From: Polyangiales bacterium
GTDB taxonomy: Bacteria; Myxococcota_A; Polyangia; Polyangiales; Ga0077539
Direction of reading: 5' to 3'
Length of the DNA: 64,000 bases
Assembly (NCBI GenBank): GCA_044229975.1
Contig: JBGARZ010000011.1
Location: 290,784-354,783 of the forward strand
The number at the start of each line of letters is the position of its first letter. Positions within the stretch are counted from its first letter, which is position 1. Below the pieces are notes generated by a model. That model did no database searches and was not told where the DNA came from. It saw only the letters and a program-made list of their open reading frames with translations. Both the position numbers and the translations under genes were made by a program. This document shows positions 49,317-58,680 of this stretch, piece after piece.

Positions 49317-50291
49317 CTACCGGAGCGCTGGTGGACAAGACGCCCACGGGACAGAGTCGGGCTTCACATCGCGCGGCGCTTGCGCGACCCGTGCACTCCG
49401 CGCGACCGCGGCGCACACGACGACCGTCGCCGAGGTCGCGACGAGGGCCGGGGTCACCCGCTCGCCGAGGAGGAGGGTCGACCAGAGCGCCCCGAGCGGA
49501 ACCTGGAGCAGTTGCACCTGGCTCGCCCTGGCGACGCCCACGATCGCGAGGCCGCGGTAGTACGCGAAGAAGCCGAGCAGCATGCTCACCACGGTCACGT
49601 AGGCGAGACCCGCCAGCGCCGCCGCAGAGGGAGCCACCGCGAGGGGCCGGAGCACGAGCGCGAGCACCGAAGCAGGGCCCGTGAGAGGGAGTGCGAGCAC
49701 GAGCGCCCACGAGATGACGCGCGAGCCGCCCATGGAGACGGAGAGCCTGCCGCCCTCGGCGTATCCGACGGCGACGAGCAGCACCCCGACGAGCAGCAGC
49801 GCGTCCGCCGAGCCGAGGCTGCCGTGCCCGCTCTGCCATCCGAACGCGACGACAGCGGCGGTTCCGACCAACGACGCGCCCCAGAACGCCCTCGACGGGC
49901 GCTCGCCCGCCCGCAACGTCGCGACGACGGCGGTGAGGGTCGGCGCGAGGCCGATGATAACGTTACCGTGATTGGCGCTGAGCGACCGTAGCGCGATCGC
50001 CGACAGGAGCGGGAACCCGACGACGACCCCGCCCGCGACGAGGGCGAGCGAGCGCCACTGCGCCCGCGTCGGCAGCGGCGCGCGGGTGGCCCGGAGGTAG
50101 ATCGCCGCGAGCACGGCGGCCATCGCTGCGCGACCCATCCCGACGGTGATCGCGCCGAGCTCCGTCACCGCCGCCCGCGTCGCGGTGAAGCTCATGCTGA
50201 ACGCCACCACCCCGAGGACGGTGAAAAACATGCCCGCGGAGGGAGATAGGGTTACCGCCTTTGAGCTGGTAACGTTATCATGATTCTTCAT
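49317..50291 (-). CDS. EamA/DMT family exporter
   Basis: About 10 TM segments, GVVVGFP, GYAEGG, GFFAYYRGL, SQVQLLQ; start 50291 or 50232. Confidence 0.92.
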   Translation of the reverse strand: MKNHDNVTSSKAVTLSPSAGMFFTVLGVVAFSMSFTATRAAVTELGAITVGMGRAAMAAVLAAIYLRATRAPLPTRAQWRSLALVAGGVVVGFPLLSAIALRSLSANHGNVIIGLAPTLTAVVATLRAGERPSRAFWGASLVGTAAVVAFGWQSGHGSLGSADALLLVGVLLVAVGYAEGGRLSVSMGGSRVISWALVLALPLTGPASVLALVLRPLAVAPSAAALAGLAYVTVVSMLLGFFAYYRGLAIVGVARASQVQLLQVPLGALWSTLLLGERVTPALVATSATVVVCAAVARSARVAQAPRDVKPDSVPWASCPPALR

Positions 50292-50304
50292 GAAGAGCAG
50301 TAAC
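50245..50304. promoter_or_regulatory. Candidate MocR operator
   Basis: Inverted GATAGGGTTACC (50245-56) / GGTAACGTTATC (50268-79) plus AGTAAC (50299-304); exact extra copy at 49956-49967. Confidence 0.55.
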
Positions 50305-51726
50305 ACATCCGCGGCGAGTTCGGAAGAGGCGGGCTCGTCGGTGGAGCGCGTGCGGGCGTTTCTGCGCGCGGAGGCGGAGGCGATCGGTGGCGGCGGTCGC
50401 ATCCCGTCGGTGCGCGAGGTGTGCACGCGCCTCGGGGCGAGCCCGGTCACGGTGCAGCGCGCGATCACGGAGCTGTCGCGGCAGGGTGTGCTCGTGCCTC
50501 GCCCGGGCGTCGGAACCTTCGTCGCGGGCTCACGGTCGGCGGAGGCGCCGCGTGATGACTCGTGGCAGCACGGTGTTCTTGGGGCGTGGGACGAGTCGCC
50601 TGCGACGCGTGCGTTCGAGGTCGCCCGCGCGGGTCACCTCGAACTGTCGAGCGGGTACCTCGACCCGACGATGCAGCCGGTGGCGCTCGTCGCGCGGGCG
50701 GCGCGGCGGGCGGCGGGCAACGCGCGCCTGTGGGGGCGCATGCCGGTCGAGGGGCTCGTCGATCTGCGCCACTGGTTCGCGCGCGACGTCGGCGGCGGGG
50801 CGACGGAGGAGAGCGTGCTCATCGTTCCTGGCGGGCAGGCCGCGCTCGCGACGACGCTGCGCGCGCTCTCTCCGTACGGCGGCGCGGTCGTCGTCGAGGC
50901 GCCCACCTACTTCGGGGCGCTCACGGTGATGCGCACGCTCGGCCTGCGCGTGGTGCCGATCCCGGTCGACGACGAGGGCATCGTCACGGCCGGTCTCGAA
51001 GAGGCGATCCGGGCTTCCGGCGCGCGGGTGCTGTACCTCCAGCCGGCGTTCTCCAACCCGTCGGGGGCGGTGATGTCCGCGGCGCGACGTCGCGAGGTGC
51101 TCGCCATCGCCGAGCGCGTGTCGGCGTTCGTGATCGAGGACGACTACGCGCGCGATCTCGCCTACGCCAACGTCTCGCCGGCGCCCCTCTTCCGCGAGGC
51201 GCCGGGCCGGGTGGTCTACCTGCGCTCGCTCACGAAGACGACGGTCCCCGGGCTGCGCATCGCCGCGATCGTGGCGCACGGCCCGGTGCTCGCGCGCATC
51301 CGCGCGATGCGGGCGGCGGAGGATATGTTCCTGACGGGCGTGCTCCAGGGGACGGCCCTCGACGTGGTGACCTCACCGGGATGGGAGACGCACAAGAAGG
51401 CGGTTCGGGCGGCGCTGGTGGCTCGTCTCGACGTCGCCCTCACCGCGCTGCGGCGGCACTTTCCCCACGCGATCGTGCGACGTGTGCCGGAGGGTGGGTT
51501 TTCGGTGTGGGTCGAGCTCCCGCGCGGCGTGTCGGAAGCAGAGCTCACCGCCGCGGCCTTCGACAAGGGCGTCCGCGTGACGGAAGGGGCCGCGTGGTTT
51601 CCGCCGGGGAAGTACGCCGATCACGTACGCATCGCGCTCTCGGGTGCGACCGAGGACGATCTCGAGCGCGGGGTCGCCACCCTCGGCCGCATCGGCGAAC
51701 GGATGTTCCGCGCCGCGCGCGACTGA
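50290..51726 (+). CDS. MocR/GabR-family GntR regulator with PLP aminotransferase-like domain
   Basis: PSVRE...SPVTVQRA...RPGVGTFV wHTH; EAPTY, NPSG, IEDDY, SLTK..PGLR. Confidence 0.95.
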   Translation: MKSSNTSAASSEEAGSSVERVRAFLRAEAEAIGGGGRIPSVREVCTRLGASPVTVQRAITELSRQGVLVPRPGVGTFVAGSRSAEAPRDDSWQHGVLGAWDESPATRAFEVARAGHLELSSGYLDPTMQPVALVARAARRAAGNARLWGRMPVEGLVDLRHWFARDVGGGATEESVLIVPGGQAALATTLRALSPYGGAVVVEAPTYFGALTVMRTLGLRVVPIPVDDEGIVTAGLEEAIRASGARVLYLQPAFSNPSGAVMSAARRREVLAIAERVSAFVIEDDYARDLAYANVSPAPLFREAPGRVVYLRSLTKTTVPGLRIAAIVAHGPVLARIRAMRAAEDMFLTGVLQGTALDVVTSPGWETHKKAVRAALVARLDVALTALRRHFPHAIVRRVPEGGFSVWVELPRGVSEAELTAAAFDKGVRVTEGAAWFPPGKYADHVRIALSGATEDDLERGVATLGRIGERMFRAARD

Positions 51727-51786
51727 CCCGAGAGCGGGGGTCGAGCGACTCTGGTACGACGCGCGATCGGAGCGGCTCGCGGTGGG

Positions 51787-52135
51787 CGGGGCTTACGCTG
51801 CGGCCTCAGCGCAGCGCGTGACGGTCAGGCATGCAGTCGCCGGGGCCCACGCCGCGGCGTCAGCGCGGCGCGCAACGGTCGGGCATGCAGTCGCCGGGGC
51901 CCACGCCGCAGCGTCAGCGCGGCGCGCAACGGTCCGGCCCGCAGTCGAGTTCCGTAGCCCCACGAGACCCGATGAGTCGTTCGGACCGTGACTGCATGCC
52001 AGACCGGTGCGCGCCGCGCTGACGCCGCGGCGTGGGCCCCGGTGACTGCATGCCAGACCGGTGCGCGCCGCGCTGACGCCGCGGCGTGGGCCCCGGTGAC
52101 TGCGGGCCGGACCGGTGCGCGCCGCGCCGACGCCG
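51787..52135. repeat. Inverted array of 54-bp tandem repeats (BIME/REP-like)
   Basis: Forward units at 51828 and 51882 (plus flanking partials); reverse units at 51990, 52044 and a partial at 52098; unique central spacer of about 43 bp. Confidence 0.9.
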
Positions 52136-52277
52136 TGCCGAAGACGCGGGAGAGCCGCACCCGGACGTCCGCGGTCTCATCGGTCGTCTCGCGCGACATC
52201 GCGCGCAGTGTGCACCGAAGCGTCGCGACCGCTCCATGCGCCGCGGAGTAGACCCCGACGGCGGGTTCCGCCTGACG

Positions 52278-53258
52278 ATGCTGGTGATCCGTGCGAGAGA
52301 TCGAGGCGTGCCAGGGTTCATCCAGAGGGCGGGGGCGGTTCCGTGGTTGCTCCTGGCGCTCGTCGTGGTCGCAGGGATGATGGGCGCCGCGGTGATCCTC
52401 ACGCGCCGACCGGAGACGCCACCCACCGTGCCCGCACGCGTCGAAGCGCCGACCGCAGTGACGCCCGCTCCGCCGGTCGCGCCCACGCCCGTTCCTGTTC
52501 CTGTTCCTGTTCCTGTTCCTCCTCCTGCTCCCGACAGGGGCACCCCTGGCACGTGGATCGACGGCACCAGTCCGGCGGAGGAGTCCGGCGCGATCATGCG
52601 CGGGTGCACGGCGTCGCAGGTGTCCGGCGCCCTCGTGCACGAGCGCGTGTCGCTGCGGGAGATCCTCGACCTGGGCCTGCAGATCAACACGCCCGCGGAG
52701 CAGCAGAACGGCGCCGCCGCGAGTCGCCTCCAGGGCTGGCGCGCGAGCTGGCTTCCCCCGGAGAACGACGACGGCCCGGGCGTCTGCGTCGCGTCGTACC
52801 GCTACCAGATCGCCGGTCGGCTCATGATCGCGTCGTTCTACTACCTGCACGGGCCACCCGCGGTGGCGTACCCCGGCAACGAGGAGGCGAGCCGCATCAC
52901 CGCCATCGCGGACGCCGAGACCGAGCAGACCCCGGTGGGCGGCCCGCGGCAGACCAACGACGAGATCGCGCAGCGTTTCGTGCGCCACGTGTTCACCCAG
53001 CGCCTGCGGGACGCGCTTCGCTCTTCGGATCTGCTCGACGCCTACACCGACCCCAACGATGGCAGCGTCCTCGTCATCCGCTCGATCGCCCCGTGCGACG
53101 ACGAGATCCCGCGCGCGCTCGTGCGCAACCGCACGTTGCTCGCGTCGATGCAGCAGTGCGGCTTCCGCCGCGTGGATTGCCGCAACGGCATCCCGCGCAG
53201 CACGCCGCCGACCAGCGCGGAGGTCCCGCCGCGCCGCCGGGGTCGCGGTCATCACTGA
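52278..53258 (+). CDS. Hypothetical membrane-anchored protein with Pro/Val linker
   Basis: TM segment, GTTCCT hexamer repeats encoding PVPVPV, globular C-part. Start uncertain. Confidence 0.65.
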   Translation: MLVIRARDRGVPGFIQRAGAVPWLLLALVVVAGMMGAAVILTRRPETPPTVPARVEAPTAVTPAPPVAPTPVPVPVPVPVPPPAPDRGTPGTWIDGTSPAEESGAIMRGCTASQVSGALVHERVSLREILDLGLQINTPAEQQNGAAASRLQGWRASWLPPENDDGPGVCVASYRYQIAGRLMIASFYYLHGPPAVAYPGNEEASRITAIADAETEQTPVGGPRQTNDEIAQRFVRHVFTQRLRDALRSSDLLDAYTDPNDGSVLVIRSIAPCDDEIPRALVRNRTLLASMQQCGFRRVDCRNGIPRSTPPTSAEVPPRRRGRGHH

Positions 53259-53422
53259 CGGGCGGCGCGCAGCGCGAGGGGCTCCAGCGTCGCATCCCGC
53301 CCTGTGACCGGGGCGTCGAACAGCGTCCCGGCATTGAACGCCGAAAGCTGAAGTGAGCCGACGCTCCAACGTGTCGAGTTCCTGCCCGACGGGTCGGGCG
53401 CGTCTGGCGGGCGCGCCTGTGT

Positions 53423-54007
53423 CTACTTGGAGGCCCCGGAAGGGCCCGAGCCCGCGGCGTCGCGAACCTTCCTCCAGAGGTCGAGCAGCCCGAGGTCCTT
53501 CGCCCAGCGTTCGATGTAGGCCACGTCCAAGGCGCCGCGTCTCACTTCGACTACGCCAGACACATCGCGGAGCTGACGCTCGGAGCCGGACATGGACGCC
53601 CACTCCAACTTGCTGAGGATGGTGTCCTCGGGCGTCGCGACGAAGACGGCGGTGCCGAGAACGCTCGCGGGGGTTCGGCGACGAAACTCCTCGACGCTGA
53701 ACGGTCGCGCCTTCCGGACGATGAGGTCGACCTTCCAGCCGGAGGTCATGTCGACGACGTTGAACATGCTCCGCCGACGGAGCGCGTCGGTCGCCGCCTC
53801 TTCGCTGACTTAGTACGTGTCGCTCGGGAGGGCGGCGACGAGCGCGGCGAGCGTCTCCGCCGTCGGTTCGATGACGAGGTCGATGTCGTGCGTGGTTCTC
53901 GGCACGCCGTGGAGCGTGCTCGCGAACGAGCCGACCAGAATGTGCGGGATGCCCGCGAGGTCGAGCGCCGCGACGATCCTACCGAGGAGATCTCCCCCCT
54001 CGCTCAT
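53423..54007 (-). pseudogene. Nucleotidyltransferase toxin (MenT1/DUF6036-like) interrupted by in-frame TAA at 53810-53812
   Basis: VGSFAS..HG.PRTTHDIDL, then TY*VSEE, continuing in frame to KVDL, TPEDTILSKL, RQLRDV. Confidence 0.82.
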
Positions 54008-54255
54008 GGCGCGACGGGCGCCTCGCCAGGCCAGATCGAGGCGGTGATCTCGTCACCGAGGAGCAGGCGGAAGAGAGCGCGTCGCAGCCGGTCGGCGTCG
54101 TAGTCGGGGTGGCGCGCGCGGATGCCGTCGAGCGCCATGCGCCGAACGTCGTCGCTCATCTCGAAGGCCATGCGCACGCGCGCCTCCGGTCCCATCCGCC
54201 GGTACGCATGCAACTGGGCCTCGTGCGCCCCCGCGTCGGTGTCGAGCGGCCTCAT
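54004..54255 (-). CDS. Small helical antitoxin-like protein (MenA1/Rv0078B-like)
   Basis: 83 aa, RRMGPEARVRMAFEMS...GIRARHP; stop overlaps the NTase start. Confidence 0.7.
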   Translation of the reverse strand: MRPLDTDAGAHEAQLHAYRRMGPEARVRMAFEMSDDVRRMALDGIRARHPDYDADRLRRALFRLLLGDEITASIWPGEAPVAP

Positions 54256-54338
54256 CGCGCGCAGGCTACCAACAGCGTGCGACGCGCGCACGTCCGACTG
54301 CGCGTGTCCGCGTTCGACCGTGCACTGTCCCCCCCGCG

Positions 54339-56180
54339 TCAGGGCGTGAGCGCGGCCCCGACCACGCGCAGCTCGTCGACGAGCGCGTTGCCGACGGTGC
54401 GCCCCGCATCGACCGCGTCGTTGGTCACCACCAGGCGCCACCGCCCGCTCGGGAGAGCGCCCACCGCCGCCGTCTCCACCTCGCGCCAGAACCCCTGGAG
54501 CACGATGGGCAGATCCTCGCCGTCGCCCTGCGGGGCGAGCACGACGCGGTCCGCGAAGGGCGTCGTCAGCGCCGCCGCGGGGCGGTTGAAGGTGAGCTGA
54601 AACCCAATGCTGCTCAGCACGACCCGCACGTCCTCGCCGCGGAAGCGCAGCGTGGCGCCCGCGGCGTCGGGGGCGACGGTGGCGTTCCAGAAGGTCCTCT
54701 CGGGGACCGTCCCCTCGCCCGCTTGCGGAGAGGTCACGGTCGTCGGGAGGTTCATCGGGTGAGCACCTGGGAAGGTCCACGTCGCGAGTGGGCGCCGCTC
54801 TCCGGCGGCCGTCACGAGCTCTGCGCGGTGGGGACGACCGTAGCCCCAGTAGACGTGAAACCCCGGCTGCGTCGCGGCGGCGGCCGTCGACCCCGCGGGA
54901 ACGACGTGGAGCCCGATCTGCTGGTTGAGCCCTGCGGCGGTCTCGGCGCGCAGCCGCGCGTCGATGGTGACACCCGTGGACGACTGCCAGGTGAAGGTGT
55001 CCCGAAGCTCCGCCGCTGCGCCGCCGCCGTCGAGGCGAAGCACGCCCATCGTCGCGCCTTCGTAGGTGTAGCGGGCCTCGGACACCGCTCCGCCGCGCGC
55101 GATCATCCCGCCGCCCACCGCGCCGCTGCCCGCGTTGGCGTCGAGCGCGCCGTCCTCGAAGCGGTCCCACGCGAGGGTGCGTCCCGGGTCTTCGAGGTAG
55201 TCCAGCGCCTCGGCGAAGCTCTCGCCGATCTCGTCGCCGTGCCCGCCGGGGCGCATCACGAGGCGCACCGCGTTGCCGTGATTGAGATGACCGTAGCGGT
55301 AGATGGCGGCGATCTCGGCCCGACGGAAGTCACCGTACTGGGTCATGAGCGCGCAGCGGAAGGTCGACGGGAGCACGCTCATGCTGGCGGCGGCAGTGCC
55401 CGGCGCCTCGTAGTCGTCGTCGCGGTTGTCGGCGGCGGTTCCGGCGGTCTGCCACCCGGGGATGCGCGTCGGGAAGCTCGCGCCGACCCGCCCGAGGAAG
55501 CCGCGAAACACGTCGGTGCGGAGCAGCGAGAGGTCCGACGTGACGCGGCCGCCGCCCGAGAGGCCGCCCGCGTAGACGCGCGCCGGATCGACGGGGAAGA
55601 GCTCGGCGGCGCGCAACGCACCGAGCAGGGCGACACCGCGGCGCAACGACACGGCCTGCCCGTTGCCGACGCCGAGGCCCGCCACCCAGATGACGTCGTG
55701 CGCGTCGAGGGACGCCTCGTACGACGGCGGGACCGCGTGCGTGTCGGCGAAGTCGACGTAGGTGATGAGGCCGTAGCGGCGCGTCGTGTCGGCCGGGTCG
55801 AAGCGCGCGGGCAGGCGAACGACGTACATGCGGGCATCGAGGTCGACGCGATAGTCGATGTCGCGCGGAGCCACGGTGAGATCGACGGCCGTGGGGTTGG
55901 TCAGCCGACCGAGCGCGAGCGTCGTCGGGACGCCGGGTCGCAGTCCGAGCGGGCCCGTCACGTCGCGCGCGGGCACGTCACGCACCGGCGCGTCGGTCGA
56001 CTGGACGTCGGGGATCGGGGCGTCCATCGGTCCGGGCGACGCGTCGGTCGGGGCGACGGCGGCCTCGTCGCAGGCCGCGAGGGTCGCAGCGAGCGCGACG
56101 GCGGCGCGCAGCGGACGCGCGCGGCGGGGTCGCTGACGATCACAAGAAGAGGCTCTCCGGTCGGACCCGACGTGGCGCAT
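54339..56180 (-). CDS. Lipoprotein with alpha/beta-hydrolase-like domain
   Basis: LAAC lipobox; VDPARVYAGGLSGGG nucleophile elbow; GGH. Confidence 0.7.
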   Translation of the reverse strand: MRHVGSDRRASSCDRQRPRRARPLRAAVALAATLAACDEAAVAPTDASPGPMDAPIPDVQSTDAPVRDVPARDVTGPLGLRPGVPTTLALGRLTNPTAVDLTVAPRDIDYRVDLDARMYVVRLPARFDPADTTRRYGLITYVDFADTHAVPPSYEASLDAHDVIWVAGLGVGNGQAVSLRRGVALLGALRAAELFPVDPARVYAGGLSGGGRVTSDLSLLRTDVFRGFLGRVGASFPTRIPGWQTAGTAADNRDDDYEAPGTAAASMSVLPSTFRCALMTQYGDFRRAEIAAIYRYGHLNHGNAVRLVMRPGGHGDEIGESFAEALDYLEDPGRTLAWDRFEDGALDANAGSGAVGGGMIARGGAVSEARYTYEGATMGVLRLDGGGAAAELRDTFTWQSSTGVTIDARLRAETAAGLNQQIGLHVVPAGSTAAAATQPGFHVYWGYGRPHRAELVTAAGERRPLATWTFPGAHPMNLPTTVTSPQAGEGTVPERTFWNATVAPDAAGATLRFRGEDVRVVLSSIGFQLTFNRPAAALTTPFADRVVLAPQGDGEDLPIVLQGFWREVETAAVGALPSGRWRLVVTNDAVDAGRTVGNALVDELRVVGAALTP

Positions 56181-56313
56181 GCGATCTCCAGTGGCCGCTC
56201 CCTCGCGAAACCGTCGTGGAAACGATACGACGGGTCTGCCTCCCATGCTGATGCGGCTCGTGAGGCCACCGACGCGTCCGTTCGTCGCGACGGGCATCGT
56301 GCTTCGACGCGCG

Positions 56314-56523
56314 CTACCCGCGCACGGCGCGAGACCGCAGACGGGCGAGGCGAACACGCTGCACGATCACCACCAGCGTCAGCACCACCGTCACCACCGG
56401 AAACACCACCAGCAGCAGGAGCGCGTTGGTGTCGCGGTAGGTCGTTCCGGAGAGATGGGCGGTGCGCAGCATGAAGTCGACACACGCCGCGTAGAGCGCC
56501 GTGCCCATTCGCACAAGACTCAT
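56314..56523 (-). CDS. Small membrane protein
   Basis: CVDFML...GTTYRDTN + TM; start overlaps the upstream stop. Confidence 0.65.
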   Translation of the reverse strand: MSLVRMGTALYAACVDFMLRTAHLSGTTYRDTNALLLLVVFPVVTVVLTLVVIVQRVRLARLRSRAVRG

Positions 56524-56939
56524 GATCCGGCCCTCGCGCTCAGCCGTCTCAGCTCGCGATGCTGACGCCACGCGATTACCCACAAGAGATACATCAGCCC
56601 TGGCCAGACGGTGCAGCACACCAACAGGTTGGCGATGCCGTAGCCGAGGCTTCCGTTGTTCGAAAACAGCCTGCCCAGCGTGGAGAGCCCGCGGATCGTC
56701 CCGCCGAAGAGGTAGCGGTCGCTCGTGAGCACCGCGGGCAGCACGGGGCGATGTCGACACCCGTGGTTGTGGCAATACCAGGTGCAGCGATCGGCGCGAA
56801 ACCGCTGCGCCGGCATCGCGGTGCGCACCATCGGAACGCTCGGGTCGGTCGCGTTCACCCCGTACAGAAGCGCCCACGGCGCAAGCAGTGGGAGGACGTA
56901 GATCCAGAGAAACCACAGAAGGCCACGCATTCGGGGCAT
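56520..56939 (-). CDS. Small membrane protein with CTWYCHNHGCRH motif
   Basis: Two TM segments; Cys/His cluster; GYGIANL motif paralleling the neighbour. Confidence 0.65.
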   Translation of the reverse strand: MPRMRGLLWFLWIYVLPLLAPWALLYGVNATDPSVPMVRTAMPAQRFRADRCTWYCHNHGCRHRPVLPAVLTSDRYLFGGTIRGLSTLGRLFSNNGSLGYGIANLLVCCTVWPGLMYLLWVIAWRQHRELRRLSARAGS

Positions 56940-56949
56940 CGCGGCGAGT

Positions 56950-57115
56950 CTAGTACCTCGTCGCAGGAGTTCTGACGGGTTGAAGAAGCCGCAAGGGCGC
57001 AAGGGTCGCAAGGGAGGACGACTCAGGCGACTCACCCTCATCTCATCTTGTCCTTGCGACCCTTGCGCCCTTGCGGCTTCTTCAACCCGTCAGAACTCCT
57101 GCGACGAGGTACTAG
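56950..57115. mobile_element. Palindromic MITE-like element D with CTAG at both ends (64-bp arms, 38-bp spacer)
   Basis: 56950-57013 is the reverse complement of 57052-57115. Confidence 0.75.
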
Positions 57116-57224
57116 TGGATGGGCGATTCAACGGTGGCGAGTTTCACGGGCACGAGCGACACCCCCGATCGCAGGGCGTCGACACCCTTCCGCCTCGTCG
57201 CAGCCGCGACGATACTCGCGCACC

Positions 57225-57964
57225 ATGACGCTGCCCTTCCGCTGGAACCTCGCGCGCCGCGAGCAGCTCGGGCACCTCGCGCAAGGCGAGGAGGCGCCGA
57301 GCTACCCCGGGCTCGTCGACGATCTCCGCGAGTGCTGCGCCCGCGTGCTGGCCCTCTCCGGCGATTGCGACCTCGTCTTCGTGGGTCGCTCGCCCGAGAG
57401 CATCTTCGATCACCTCGGCGGCCTCCTCCTCGACACCTCGTGGGCCCCGCGCCTGACGCTCGTGAACGTCTCGCTCCGCGGCGCCTCCGACTTCCCTCCC
57501 GACGCGCTGCGCGCGCTGCGCGAACAGCTCACCGAGGCTCACCTCTCGCCCGAGGCGATCGCCACGCGCGAACGAGGCGTGGCCTTCGTCGACCTCGTGG
57601 CGACGGGCGGCACCTTCGGCCGGCTCGCGACGGTGCTGCTCGACTGGGCGCGCGATGCTGGCGTCGACGAGAGCGCCGTGCGGCGGCGTGTTCGATTCAC
57701 CGGCATCACGTGGCGCACGCACACCAGCCCCAACACCATCCGCTGGCACCAGCGCGCCGAGTGGACGCGCTGCTCTCCCCGCCCCGCGCGAACGAGCACG
57801 TCGAAGCGCTGCGCCTCGCGCTGCGTCTCTTCGACGCCGGACGACGGGACGCGTTGCGCGAGCGCTTCGCCGAGCGGCTTGTGCAAGAGCGCGCGATGCG
57901 CGAGCCGTGGTTCCGGTCGCTCGTGCTCGAACTCCGCGGTCGCTCCGCACGCTCCCGCGGGTGA
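57225..57964 (+). pseudogene. Disrupted conserved hypothetical with a PRTase-like FVDLVATGGT motif
   Basis: Plausible frame to AEWTR, then the C-terminus (EALRLAL...EPWFRSLVLEL) continues in another frame near 57770. Confidence 0.6.
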
Positions 57965-58606
57965 ACCTCGTCGCGGTCACGGTGACGCCGAACACGCCCG
58001 ATCAGGTCGGCGTGGTGCGCGCGGCGCGGTGCCTGGGCCGGAGCTGCTTCACGCGATGTTTGGTCCCGACACGACGCTCATCACCGGAGGGCCACTCAAG
58101 AACCTCGGCGGCGCGCTGAAAATACCGGGGTTTCGTCTCGGGCGGCTCGTCGTGCAGGGAGGCTTCGCGGGCGAAGGGGTCGTACCGCGCGAGCAACAGT
58201 TGGAGAAGTTCCAGGGGCTGGTCACATGCCCGACCTACAACCTCAACGGCGACCCGAAGTCCGCGCTCGCCGCGATCGCATCACCGGCCATCGCAGCGAA
58301 GCGCTTCGTGTCGAAGAACGTCTGCCACGGCGTCCTCTACGACGCGGCGATGCACCAGCGCGTCGGCGCCGTGAAGGACCGCTCGCAGTCGCTCGACCTC
58401 ATCTGGCGCGGCATGGACGAGTACCTCCCGAAGGCCGCAGCCCGGCGCGAGATCACCGCCACCGAGGTGCGTGAGAGCAGCGACGACGCTGGCAAGAAGC
58501 TGCACGACCCGCTCGCCGCGTGCTGCGCGATCGACGAGTCGATCGGCGAGTGGCCGAGGTCGAGCTCTTCCGCGAGCGCTTCGTCGCGACCTTCACCGCG
58601 CACTGA
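57961..58606 (+). pseudogene. Disrupted nucleoside-hydrolase-like gene
   Basis: TGGPLKNL, VVQGGFAG, YNLNGDP, HDPLA; N-terminal Asp-rich motif missing; frame changes near 58030 and 58555. Confidence 0.65.
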
Positions 58607-58680
58607 ACGCGAGCCACGCCGCGCTTCGAGCGCCCACTTTCTTCTCGCTGGGGGTGCGGGCTGCGTAGCGTTCGCGGACG

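Noticed and set aside
51787..52135. CRISPR array
   Set aside because: Units are contiguous with no unique spacers, switch orientation midway, and no cas genes are present.
53305..53400. attC site (GTCGAAC / CTCCAAC motifs)
   Set aside because: No matching GTTRRRY at a suitable distance and no L-box hairpin.
53810..53812. Stop-codon recoding or readthrough
   Set aside because: Single case; TAA terminates another gene normally (22490-22492); nonsense mutation or base error is simpler.
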